Translations under genes and position numbers: made by a program
IMG/VR virus record: IMGVR_UViG_3300009154_000048
DNA from: an uncultured virus (IMG/VR IMGVR_UViG_3300009154_000048)
Lineage: Duplodnaviria > Heunggongvirae > Uroviricota > Caudoviricetes
Strand: one strand, 5' to 3'
Length of the DNA stretch: 20,000 bases
Shown here: piece by piece, positions 1 to 7,467 of the stretch
How the letters are laid out: every line of letters begins with the position of its first letter
Numbering within the stretch: the stretch's first letter is position 1
The notes under the pieces: generated by a model
The model's input: only the letters and a program-made list of their open reading frames with translations
Told to the model about the DNA's origin: nothing
Database searches by the model: none

Positions 1-248
1 ACCCAGAATTCTTCCTCGATCTTTTCCATGATCTTTTGGATAGAGAATTTGGGATTTTTCTGCAATTGATAGCGGATTAATTGCGATTTATTCTGTTCGA
101 GATTGATTGGGATAAGAATATATTCCCGGTTTTCTTTTTCTCCCAAGGGGGCCTTTATGATATCGACCCCTAGATTTTGAAGTCTATCGTGATTTGCTCC
201 TTTTAGGAGGTCATTAAGTCTCTTCTTATTTTCTTTATTCCACCTCAT
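1..248 (-). CDS. Paralog-family protein (MRWNKENKKRL...), truncated at window edge
   Basis: Translated by hand (absent from the ORF track): MRWNKENKKRLNDLLKGANHDRLQNLGVDII..., open to base 1. AAGGAG RBS; the upstream region is nearly identical to that of 2386..2739. An in-frame upstream ATG lies at 320. Confidence 0.8.
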   Translation of the reverse strand, partial: MRWNKENKKRLNDLLKGANHDRLQNLGVDIIKAPLGEKENREYILIPINLEQNKSQLIRYQLQKNPKFSIQKIMEKIEEEFW

Positions 249-252
249 GGTA

Positions 253-280
253 TGCTCCTTGTTTCTTCTAAACCGTCTGG
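253..280 (-). promoter_or_regulatory. Half copy of the 27-bp motif plus RBS
   Basis: CCAGACGGTTTAGAAGAAACAAGGAGCA; 27/28 identical to 2745..2772. Confidence 0.6.
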
Positions 281-319
281 TTTTAATAACAACGTCTTGT
301 AGAGTTTTGTTGTCAATCA

Positions 320-517
320 TTATTTTTTCTCCAGTAAATAAGTTCCATTATCATTGAGGGTTAAAATTAGATTATTTAGTTCAAATACAACGGTATTTGC
401 AATAGTATTTTCTCTATAAACATAAGGATCAAACTCAATACTATGTGGATAGTCTTGAGAGTTTTCAACCTCTTTTGCGAATTCTTGGAAATGCTTAATT
501 TGCAAATCATTAGTCAT
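320..517 (-). CDS. Hypothetical protein (65 aa), AT-rich
   Basis: ORF with GGAG RBS (CTGGAGAAAAATAATG); markedly lower GC than its neighbours. Confidence 0.7.
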   Translation of the reverse strand: MTNDLQIKHFQEFAKEVENSQDYPHSIEFDPYVYRENTIANTVVFELNNLILTLNDNGTYLLEKK

Positions 518-606
518 TATTTTTCTCCAGGTGTGTTAAAATATCAACAGCAATATTTAAAAGATAACTACATTGATTATGACTCATTGGTCTAAGAATT
601 CAGGGC

Positions 607-894
607 TTATGGTATTCCTAGTGCGAGAAATTTTTCTGCGATGTCTTTGGGGATGCTGAGTCCGTCCATACGGTCTCCACCAGGATCGCCGACGATAATG
701 CGGTCCTTGCTTTGGGCGTTCACCCACTTTCCGTCTTTTTTTTCTTGCCAAGCCCGCGTTAACTTCGAAACTTGTACGACAGAATGTCTGGCTCTCCATT
801 CCTCGCGATCACGCCCCGATGTCATGACATTATGGTGAATTACCAGAGCCTTGTACAACTTCTTCTTGTTTTCGTTGTTCCATTTTATGGTCAT
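607..894 (-). CDS. Paralog-family protein (MTIKWNNENKKKLY...DGLSIPKDIAEKFLALGIP)
   Basis: Shares both terminal motifs with 1722..2021, 2018..2389 and 2386..2739; start set at ATG 894. Confidence 0.85.
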   Translation of the reverse strand: MTIKWNNENKKKLYKALVIHHNVMTSGRDREEWRARHSVVQVSKLTRAWQEKKDGKWVNAQSKDRIIVGDPGGDRMDGLSIPKDIAEKFLALGIP

Positions 895-905
895 TTGTCC
901 ACCAA

Positions 906-1190
906 TCAATTAAATGTATCGGAAACAACATATCTCCGACCTTCGGAAATAGTATCAATAAGTCCCCAATTCTTGAGTTTTTGAAGAGCAATATCCATAG
1001 ACTTGCGAGTAGTTGCCCTGACCACTGCTCTTTTCTGGCCCACATAACAACTGCTGCCTGTGTATGCCCAGATGCCAGAGGACTTGTCCGTGATGTACTT
1101 GCCAAAACCGGCCAAGTCAGCCTCGCCATTCCAATCCAACTTGTACCTATATTTGATCTTCATTGTTTTTTGGTTCTTCATTGTATTCAT
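906..1190 (-). CDS. Hypothetical protein (94 aa)
   Basis: ORF coupled to the upstream gene by a TAATG overlap; co-oriented with the array. Confidence 0.7.
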   Translation of the reverse strand: MNTMKNQKTMKIKYRYKLDWNGEADLAGFGKYITDKSSGIWAYTGSSCYVGQKRAVVRATTRKSMDIALQKLKNWGLIDTISEGRRYVVSDTFN

Positions 1191-1681
1191 TAAGACAACT
1201 CTCGTTTCCTTTGTTCCAATTTTTCTATATCTGACTTCATTTTTTTTAGCTTCGACTTCAAAGCCTTTATTTTTTGGCTGATCTCTTGGGTTTTGGACTT
1301 GCTTTCTTGGCTGCGTGGTGTGTGATTTTTGATATTGTAGAGGTCGAGTATGATTCGGTTGAGCCTTTTCATGTCCTTTTCGGCGGCTTTGTGGGGGTTC
1401 TCAAACTCTCTGCGAGTGAAAAATTCATCATCCCCTTGTTTCCAATAGTAAAGTTCCCATCCGTTAGCGATCAAGTACGTCCGTTCTGGCTTGCGTAGGG
1501 TTGGATTCATTTTCTTCGAGCGGAACTGGATTGAATGGTTGTTTTGCTTGAAGATAAAGCCAAGGAACTCTTCCATCCAATCTGCGTCTATTTCGCTATT
1601 GTTGAACTTACGCTTGACGAGGGATTCTGCCACCGAGCGGAAACTCATTCCGAGCAGGATTTGCGTTCGTATTGTCTTCAT
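1190..1681 (-). CDS. Hypothetical protein with C-terminal coiled coil; paralog of 2828..3412
   Basis: Blocks LGMSF, IDADWMEEFLGFIFKQNNHSIQF and LNRIILDLYNIK match LGLGF, IDLEWMENFIRLLFEKNDHDLHF and LNKFILNFYGIK. Confidence 0.85.
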   Translation of the reverse strand: MKTIRTQILLGMSFRSVAESLVKRKFNNSEIDADWMEEFLGFIFKQNNHSIQFRSKKMNPTLRKPERTYLIANGWELYYWKQGDDEFFTRREFENPHKAAEKDMKRLNRIILDLYNIKNHTPRSQESKSKTQEISQKIKALKSKLKKMKSDIEKLEQRKRELS

Positions 1682-1699
1682 ATGTGCCTTTCTTCTTAC

Positions 1700-1726
1700 T
1701 AAACCATCTGGGGTTGAGAAATCAGG
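1700..1726 (-). promoter_or_regulatory. 27-bp repeated motif copy
   Basis: CCTGATTTCTCAACCCCAGATGGTTTA; overlaps the TGA stop of 1722..2021 and precedes 1190..1681. Confidence 0.7.
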
Positions 1727-2021
1727 GCACGCCTAGTACGAGGAATTTTTCTGCTACTTCTTTGGGGATGCTGAAGGCTTCGTGCCATACGGCGTGGGCA
1801 TCCGTCAGTTGTTTGCTCATTTCGACGATAACGCAATTTTTAGGCGGCTTTGGCTTCTTTGTTTCCCTTATTCCATGACCATTCACCCAGACGATTTTGC
1901 GGTCTACGAATTGTATGTTGAATTCGTTGAGGAAACTGTCGGGGACTGTTCCGAAGGGGTGCTTAAATTTTTCTTCTAGGAGCCAGTACAGCCTATGTTC
2001 CTTGTCTTTGTCCCACTTCAT
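1722..2021 (-). CDS. Paralog-family protein (MKWDKDKEHRLY...FSIPKEVAEKFLVLGVP)
   Basis: Family motifs present; ATGA start/stop overlap with 2018..2389. Confidence 0.9.
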   Translation of the reverse strand: MKWDKDKEHRLYWLLEEKFKHPFGTVPDSFLNEFNIQFVDRKIVWVNGHGIRETKKPKPPKNCVIVEMSKQLTDAHAVWHEAFSIPKEVAEKFLVLGVP

Positions 2022-2065
2022 GGCGCACCTAGTACGAGGAATTTTTCTGCGATTTCCTTGGGGAT
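2011..2065. repeat. Gene-junction repeat (3' end of one paralog plus 5' end of the next)
   Basis: 51/55 identical to 2379..2433; the 3'-end part also recurs at about 1726..1774. Confidence 0.9.
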
Positions 2066-2389
2066 TTCCAAGCCTGCGTCCCATCTTCCTTTGTAGTTGC
2101 TGTCGTAGGGACTGGGGATGACGATGGTGTTTTTCCTTCGTTTATAATGGGGGATTGGGTCGCCGATTTTCCATTTGTGTCGGTGGTTTTCGGCTAAGGT
2201 TATGGTCTTCCATTTGCAGTCCCAATTTACCATCTTGATTTCGAAGGCGTCCAAGAAGTTGTTTATTTCTTGGGAGAATGCCCATCCCCAAGTGTCGCCG
2301 TCACGGTTGCGTAGGTCTGAGAGGATCTGATCCAATTTCTCCTTGACGAGGGACCGCAGTTGTTCTTTTATTTTCTTATCCCACTTCAT
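2018..2389 (-). CDS. Paralog-family protein (MKWDKKIKEQL...GLEIPKEIAEKFLVLGAP)
   Basis: Family motifs present; ATGA overlap with 2386..2739. Confidence 0.9.
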   Translation of the reverse strand: MKWDKKIKEQLRSLVKEKLDQILSDLRNRDGDTWGWAFSQEINNFLDAFEIKMVNWDCKWKTITLAENHRHKWKIGDPIPHYKRRKNTIVIPSPYDSNYKGRWDAGLEIPKEIAEKFLVLGAP

Positions 2390-2433
2390 GGCACACCTAG
2401 CACGAGGAATTTTTCTGCTACTTCCTTGGGGAT
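2379..2433. repeat. Gene-junction repeat
   Basis: 51/55 identical to 2011..2065. Confidence 0.9.
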
Positions 2434-2739
2434 ACTGAGGCCGTCTGTGCATCCTCTAAGCCTCAATTTGGGATAGGTTTCGCTTTGTCCCCACCATGGA
2501 TCTAGGATTATGACGCGATCCTTGTCTCTGGCGGGTGAATTGGTGTGCGGCTTCATCCACAAACTGGCGGCTCTGGTCATGTTGACCCGGTTCTTCAGCC
2601 TTTTTCCCTTTTGTACCTTTTCAATTCCAAACTCATTCAAGAAGGTATTATAAAAGACCCCCGCTGGATGGGACATTTTCTGGAACCTCAAAAAGATCAG
2701 CCGATACAGCCTATCCTTGTTTTTACTGTCCCACTTCAT
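2386..2739 (-). CDS. Paralog-family protein (MKWDSKNKDRLY...DGLSIPKEVAEKFLVLGVP)
   Basis: Family motifs present; AAGGAG RBS; 27-bp motif upstream. Confidence 0.9.
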   Translation of the reverse strand: MKWDSKNKDRLYRLIFLRFQKMSHPAGVFYNTFLNEFGIEKVQKGKRLKNRVNMTRAASLWMKPHTNSPARDKDRVIILDPWWGQSETYPKLRLRGCTDGLSIPKEVAEKFLVLGVP

Positions 2740-2760
2740 GGTCTTGCTCCTTGTTTCTTC

Positions 2761-2787
2761 TAAACCATCTGGGGGTGAGAAATCAGG
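2761..2787 (-). promoter_or_regulatory. 27-bp repeated motif copy
   Basis: CCTGATTTCTCACCCCCAGATGGTTTA; 26/27 identical to 1700..1726; precedes 2386..2739. Confidence 0.7.
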
Positions 2788-2827
2788 CCAGGAGGCTCTG
2801 GCTTGCGTTCTGTGGCCTTTTTTTATT

Positions 2828-3412
2828 TTATTGGGGTCGTGGGGGCCTTTTTGTCTTTGGGGGCTTTAATCGCGATTTAGGGCTTTTCTTTATGCCGTAG
2901 AAGTTGAGGATGAATTTATTAAGTATTTCTGCGTCGTGTTGTGCGTCTTTCTTTTGTCGATCCAAGTTTGAAGAGAAGTATAATAAGTCTTCAAGTGGCT
3001 TGAGAATGGCGATCCATGATTTTGATGAGTTCAACTGCCAAGTTGGGCTTTTTACACATATGACCTTGAAATGTAGATCGTGGTCGTTTTTCTCGAAGAG
3101 AAGTCGGATGAAATTTTCCATCCATTCGAGGTCGATTTTGTGATTTTTGATTTTTTTGACTGTTTTCAGTCCTACATGGGCTGCTTCTTTGAAGCCTAGG
3201 CCGAGGTTTATTGCTGTGCGGAGGTCTTTGGTCTTTATGCCTTTTGTTTTATTTTCGAGACGTTTATGTTCTGCTTCTGTGGCGGCTCTTCTTTTGGCTT
3301 GAATAATTGATACGGCTTGTCCTACTGCTGCCGTACTTGAGTTTGCGAGGGACTTTAGTGCGTTTATCTGTGTGAAGATGTTAGACATTTGGGCTTTTGT
3401 TATTTGTTTCAT
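2828..3412 (-). CDS. Hypothetical protein; paralog of 1190..1681
   Basis: Start placed at MKQITK because of the ATGA overlap with 3409..3783; shares sequence blocks with 1190..1681. Confidence 0.85.
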   Translation of the reverse strand: MKQITKAQMSNIFTQINALKSLANSSTAAVGQAVSIIQAKRRAATEAEHKRLENKTKGIKTKDLRTAINLGLGFKEAAHVGLKTVKKIKNHKIDLEWMENFIRLLFEKNDHDLHFKVICVKSPTWQLNSSKSWIAILKPLEDLLYFSSNLDRQKKDAQHDAEILNKFILNFYGIKKSPKSRLKPPKTKRPPRPQ

Positions 3413-3783
3413 TGGTGGCTCAAGGCTTGATGTTTGTATTCTTCTTCCCATTTGTAGTCGAGGATTAATTCTGCTGCTTCTTTTATTGCTTCTCTTTGTT
3501 CATTGGTCATGAGGAGTTCGATAGTTTTTGAGCATTCTTGTGTGTTTGCGTTGATTTCTACACTAAGGATTTTGTAGTGGGTGGGGCTTGCTTGTTCTGA
3601 TGCGCCGGGGCTATCCCCACTTGGATCCCATCCTGGGTCGATTTCGGCGTTGATTTCGACTTCGACTTCTATGTCTGCGTTTTGGAGGATTGCTTCTAGG
3701 CACTTGTAATTTTCTGGGAGGTTTAGATCTTTTGTGATGTGGACTATGGATGGGAAGCGGACGTTGTATGATCTGATTGGCAT
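3409..3783 (-). CDS. Hypothetical protein (124 aa, acidic)
   Basis: Translationally coupled ORF within the operon. Confidence 0.75.
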   Translation of the reverse strand: MPIRSYNVRFPSIVHITKDLNLPENYKCLEAILQNADIEVEVEINAEIDPGWDPSGDSPGASEQASPTHYKILSVEINANTQECSKTIELLMTNEQREAIKEAAELILDYKWEEEYKHQALSHQ

Positions 3784-4106
3784 TATTGGCTCAGTTTATT
3801 TTTTGCTTGGTTTAGAACGTCTTTGATCCATTTTTTGCTTGGGTTGTAGTCTAGGTGCATTTCGAGCATATTGATTCTTTCGACTATGTCCGAGTTGTTG
3901 TTTAAGCAGTCGGGTTCTTCGAGTGGTTCGCCTTCTGGTGATTCTTCATGTTTAGCGTAATCGAATGATTTATTAAACACTTCTAGTATTGTTTCTTCGT
4001 TGATTTTCTTTCTGATGTCTAGGTCGTGTTTTAGTTTCAAGATATAGTAACCTTGGGCTATGAGAACCCAAACTACGATGACAGAGGGGATAATTATCTT
4101 TTTCAT
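3783..4106 (-). CDS. Hypothetical membrane-anchored protein (107 aa)
   Basis: N-terminal hydrophobic segment IIIPSVIVVWVLIAQGYYIL; coupled overlaps at both ends. Confidence 0.75.
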   Translation of the reverse strand: MKKIIIPSVIVVWVLIAQGYYILKLKHDLDIRKKINEETILEVFNKSFDYAKHEESPEGEPLEEPDCLNNNSDIVERINMLEMHLDYNPSKKWIKDVLNQAKNKLSQ

Positions 4107-4540
4107 TTTTCTACGTTATTAGGGAATTTGACGGATGTTTTACGGAGTGTTTCTTTGTCTGGGGTGAGGTAGAATTGTGATTGGAGGTATTCAAACTTCT
4201 TCTTGTATTTTTCAAGAAGATTTATTTGAATATCCTCCAAGTCTGTCTTTCTCTTTCGTCCAGAAAGATCACGGCGAAATGCGTCCCGGCCTTTCAAGAG
4301 CTTTTCGATAGACTTTAATACGCACTCTGTTATCTCAAAATTAGGAAATCTGTATCCTACTGGACAGGTTTTATAAGGTTCGCAATTGGGTTCAAGTTGC
4401 AGTTGTGTTATTACGTGCATTGCGGCGATTTTTTCATCTACTGTTCCTTTCTCAACGGTGTTCTTGAAGAAGTCTTCCAGTTCACAAAGCCAATTCACAG
4501 CGTCATCATTTTGTATCGGCCCGTCGCCCCAATCGCCCAT
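4103..4540 (-). CDS. DUF4259-like protein
   Basis: N-terminus MGDWGDGPIQNDDAVNWL resembles the MGxWGxGxFxNDxAxDW signature of DUF4259. Confidence 0.6.
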   Translation of the reverse strand: MGDWGDGPIQNDDAVNWLCELEDFFKNTVEKGTVDEKIAAMHVITQLQLEPNCEPYKTCPVGYRFPNFEITECVLKSIEKLLKGRDAFRRDLSGRKRKTDLEDIQINLLEKYKKKFEYLQSQFYLTPDKETLRKTSVKFPNNVEK

Positions 4541-4564
4541 GTTGCTTTCCTTCCGCGTTAATAT

Positions 4565-5089
4565 TTATTCGTCTTCGTCGTCCTCGTCGTCATCTCCGGC
4601 ATCGGCGTCCAAAAGGGATTGTAAGTCCTCTTCATCCCCCCACACCTTGTGTTGTTTCAACTGTCTTTCCCACTCTTCGTCATCCTCATCCTCATCATCG
4701 TCTTCGTCTTCGTCTTCGTCTTCGTCAACTTCTTCCCAATTTTCTTCGTCCTCGTCCTTGATTTCTTCGGTCAAGGGCATATTTTTATCGAATAGCACAT
4801 AGATTTTGTTAGGGCTGATTCTGACTCCTATAACGTCCGTGTCTTCGTCTAGTTCGTTATTAATCGCTTCTGTGAGTGCTGCATGGAAGGCACTTGGGTA
4901 GTGTTTTGCCTTTTCTCTTAGTTCTGCGGCGACAGATTCGTTTGACATTCTAGAGGTAGGGATAGGGAATCCACCGAATTGGATAAGGTGTCTTAGGCAA
5001 TTATCATCCTTCATTCGATTGAAGTGATAATTGGTAAGTGTGCTATTGGCTTGATCGGCAGAGATTTCTACGACTTTTCTTGTGTTCAT
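4565..5089 (-). CDS. Hypothetical protein with highly acidic D/E C-terminal tail
   Basis: 174-aa ORF with AAGGA RBS; tail ...DEDEDEDEDDDEDEDDEE...DDDEDDEDE. Confidence 0.85.
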   Translation of the reverse strand: MNTRKVVEISADQANSTLTNYHFNRMKDDNCLRHLIQFGGFPIPTSRMSNESVAAELREKAKHYPSAFHAALTEAINNELDEDTDVIGVRISPNKIYVLFDKNMPLTEEIKDEDEENWEEVDEDEDEDEDDDEDEDDEEWERQLKQHKVWGDEEDLQSLLDADAGDDDEDDEDE

Positions 5090-5115
5090 TTTTTATTCCT
5101 TGGGTTTTGTTTAGG

Positions 5116-5721
5116 TCAAACAATCGTATCAAAATCGAAAAAACATGACAACAACACTTGATTTTCTTGGATATTAGCCACTGCGCTAATCAAGTTTGGA
5201 AAAAGTTTATCAGAGTATCCGTCCCAAATGGTGCAAGAATATCCGCGATCTAAGTCATGTTCGCCAACAATAAAGGACAAGAAATCCATATCGTCCATGC
5301 TCTTCGCAGTTTTTACTGTTTGGGCGATGCTATTCAACCAATCAAAGGCTTCATCAAAAAACTGAATAGGATCTAATTCTTCTCTATCCTGGTCAACATA
5401 GAATGTTCCAGTGTTAGAGTTGTAGCATTCATAAATCTTGATAAGGTATCCAAGACCATTACTGATAAAATCTTCGGTATTTTTCTTGCTTTGTTTGATG
5501 TGTTCAATGTCTTTTTCAATTGCACTGAGTAGAACGACCTTGTATTCAAAGTTTTTGATGGCTTGTTCTGGGCAATCAGAACCATATGCGCAAAAATGCG
5601 GGGATCTAACAATAAAATTGTCGTAGTCCCATTCCTTCTGATTGGAACTAACAACAAGTTCTAATTTCTCGCCACAGAGGTTGGAGACTTCATCAAGAGT
5701 AGGAATTGTTGTATTCTTCAT
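5116..5721 (-). CDS. Hypothetical protein (~201 aa)
   Basis: Long ORF; start placed at MKNTT after AAGGAAGAAAAA. Confidence 0.8.
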   Translation of the reverse strand: MKNTTIPTLDEVSNLCGEKLELVVSSNQKEWDYDNFIVRSPHFCAYGSDCPEQAIKNFEYKVVLLSAIEKDIEHIKQSKKNTEDFISNGLGYLIKIYECYNSNTGTFYVDQDREELDPIQFFDEAFDWLNSIAQTVKTAKSMDDMDFLSFIVGEHDLDRGYSCTIWDGYSDKLFPNLISAVANIQENQVLLSCFFDFDTIV

Positions 5722-5749
5722 TTTTTCTTCCTTGGGGTTTATTAACTGG

Positions 5750-6643
5750 CTAGGCACAAATCTTTTCGCACTTTAGAGCGCCGTTCTTGACGGCCCAATC
5801 GATGATTTTCTTTTTGATTTCGGAGATGTCTTGGACGGCGATGAGGGGGTCTGGACCTTCGTTCTTATTTTCGGAGAACCAGAGTGTTTCGAGACCTTGG
5901 GCGTCTCTAAAGCATAGGAAGGAGGGAATCCAATAAATGTTGCCGTGGCTGTCTGGGCTTGAAGACTTATTTGGGAATTCCTCGTCAAGAAGTTTTTCGA
6001 TACCCCGCAAATTCTTAATTGGTCCGTGTCCGTTGCTTGTGTAGATATTGTAATCCAAAAATTCATCGACGCGAGTGCCGTGTTCTTCTAGCACAAAGTC
6101 TCCGAGTCCTTGGATGAACTCAAGAATATTCTTCATGTTTTCCTTGATGACGTTGCATTCCCGCAACTGTTTGCCTTCTGCGGCTTTGATCATGTAGTCT
6201 CGTTCGCGGACTGCGGCGTCGAGCATATTGGAGGGCAGATTCTTATTGCTACGGTCTTCACGGAGTTTTTTATCAAGGGCTTTGTATTCATCGTCAGAGA
6301 CAAGTGGGTTTACATGGCGCAAAATCTTAGACTTATTATCCCAGTTGTCTTCGACTGCCTTGTTCTTATACACACAGTTCAATTCACATCTTCCGCCAAG
6401 CACAATCGCAGAGGGCGCCAACCAAGTCCCTTCTTCATTGTAAGGATATCTGTTCAAGACTTTGGCAATATTTTGCAAGCCGCTGACGTTAGACAAATAA
6501 ATATTCTCTTCAAAAAAATCTGAGAGACATCCTGTGTTGTCGGTCAAAGGAATGTGCCCGATTTCCTTGAGAAAATCGAGAAGTTCCATGATCCGAGCGT
6601 TGATCCGCAAACAATCATCGTACTGCTGGCGAGCGTTTTCCAT
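5750..6643 (-). CDS. Hypothetical protein with internally duplicated domain (297 aa)
   Basis: AAGGAG RBS; two halves share (L/I)L(D/E)F....G...L......(D/E)F...NIY.SN..G...L..I.K.L and a later W...PS / WIPS. Confidence 0.85.
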   Translation of the reverse strand: MENARQQYDDCLRINARIMELLDFLKEIGHIPLTDNTGCLSDFFEENIYLSNVSGLQNIAKVLNRYPYNEEGTWLAPSAIVLGGRCELNCVYKNKAVEDNWDNKSKILRHVNPLVSDDEYKALDKKLREDRSNKNLPSNMLDAAVRERDYMIKAAEGKQLRECNVIKENMKNILEFIQGLGDFVLEEHGTRVDEFLDYNIYTSNGHGPIKNLRGIEKLLDEEFPNKSSSPDSHGNIYWIPSFLCFRDAQGLETLWFSENKNEGPDPLIAVQDISEIKKKIIDWAVKNGALKCEKICA

Positions 6644-6665
6644 TTCATTGTCTCCTTGTGATGGT

Positions 6666-6692
6666 TTAACTGTCTGGGTTAGAGTTTTCAGG
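6666..6692 (-). promoter_or_regulatory. 27-bp repeated motif copy (divergent)
   Basis: CCTGAAAACTCTAACCCAGACAGTTAA; precedes 5750..6643. Confidence 0.6.
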
Positions 6693-7007
6693 AGAATCTT
6701 CTGGGATTGGTATGAAACCGTGGTCCGAGCAGATTTGTTCCCAATTTTCTGGGATTGGCATGAAGCCTAGCGTGAGGATTTTTTCGAGTTGTTCTCTATC
6801 AATTCCGATGTAGAGGGAGGGTCTTCCTAGGCTTGCGAACCAGTCTAGTAGGACCCAGACGGTCTTTTTGGTATTTCTTGGCTTGGTTTTTTGGACTTTT
6901 GTTTGAAAGCCCAATTTTTCCATGAGTGGAGCGTTGCTGGGGCTATGGAATGGTCCCAGTCCAGCGTCTTTGACGATGATTTCGATAATTTTTCTGGACG
7001 GGTGCAA
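6666..7007 (-). CDS. Divergent paralog-family protein (...IDREQLEKILTLGFMP plus extension)
   Basis: TTG start with GAGAGG upstream; C-terminal family motif followed by a short duplicated extension. Confidence 0.7.
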   Translation of the reverse strand: MHPSRKIIEIIVKDAGLGPFHSPSNAPLMEKLGFQTKVQKTKPRNTKKTVWVLLDWFASLGRPSLYIGIDREQLEKILTLGFMPIPENWEQICSDHGFIPIPEDSPENSNPDS

Positions 7008-7064
7008 GTTTAATAACCTCTCTGCATCCAGTGATTGTAGGTCGTTTTCCGGTGGTGTAAAGCA

Positions 7065-7406
7065 TCAAGGGCATCCTAGGACGAGAATTTTTTCAACCAT
7101 GTCTTCGGGGACGAAGATCCAAGCGGTCATCGGCTTTGGACTATGCCATCTGATCATGGTCTCGACGAAACCCTCCATTTTTCCGCTTCGGGGGGTTTGG
7201 GTTCCGTGCGCCATGGACCAGGCGCCCCAGCGGTCGTGCCGGCCCTTCTTGGGGTAGGTCTGGTGGCCCATGTTGAAGCCGCGATCCTTCAGCCAAGTGA
7301 CCGTCTTGAAATTTGGATTCCAAGCCCTCTTGGCAAGAACCCCGTCGCGTATCATCGCTTCCTTGATGATTTCGCCAAGTTTGCTGCGTAATTCTTGATT
7401 CATCAT
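7065..7406 (-). CDS. Divergent paralog-family protein (...IFVPEDMVEKILVLGCP)
   Basis: C-terminal family motif; 27-bp motif upstream. Confidence 0.8.
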   Translation of the reverse strand: MMNQELRSKLGEIIKEAMIRDGVLAKRAWNPNFKTVTWLKDRGFNMGHQTYPKKGRHDRWGAWSMAHGTQTPRSGKMEGFVETMIRWHSPKPMTAWIFVPEDMVEKILVLGCP

Positions 7407-7440
7407 TTAATCCCAATCAAGTTCGGTATTGGTTTTCTTT

Positions 7441-7467
7441 TCAACTGTCTGGCGTCGAGGAATCAGG
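7441..7467 (-). promoter_or_regulatory. 27-bp repeated motif copy
   Basis: CCTGATTCCTCGACGCCAGACAGTTGA; precedes 7065..7406. Confidence 0.65.

Noticed and set aside
1722..2452. Longer ORF-track starts and the ORF at 584..799 sharing PQG..RKIPR.RCA-like peptides
   Set aside because: These are alternative-frame readings of the conserved 3' repeat of the neighbouring gene; the true starts are the coupled MKWD ATGs.
2785..2827. AGGCCA...TGGCCT followed by a T-run as an intrinsic terminator
   Set aside because: The stem is short and imperfect, and the T-tract faces the non-coding direction.
4386..4802. Plus-strand poly-Ser ORF
   Set aside because: Antisense shadow of the D/E codons of 4565..5089.
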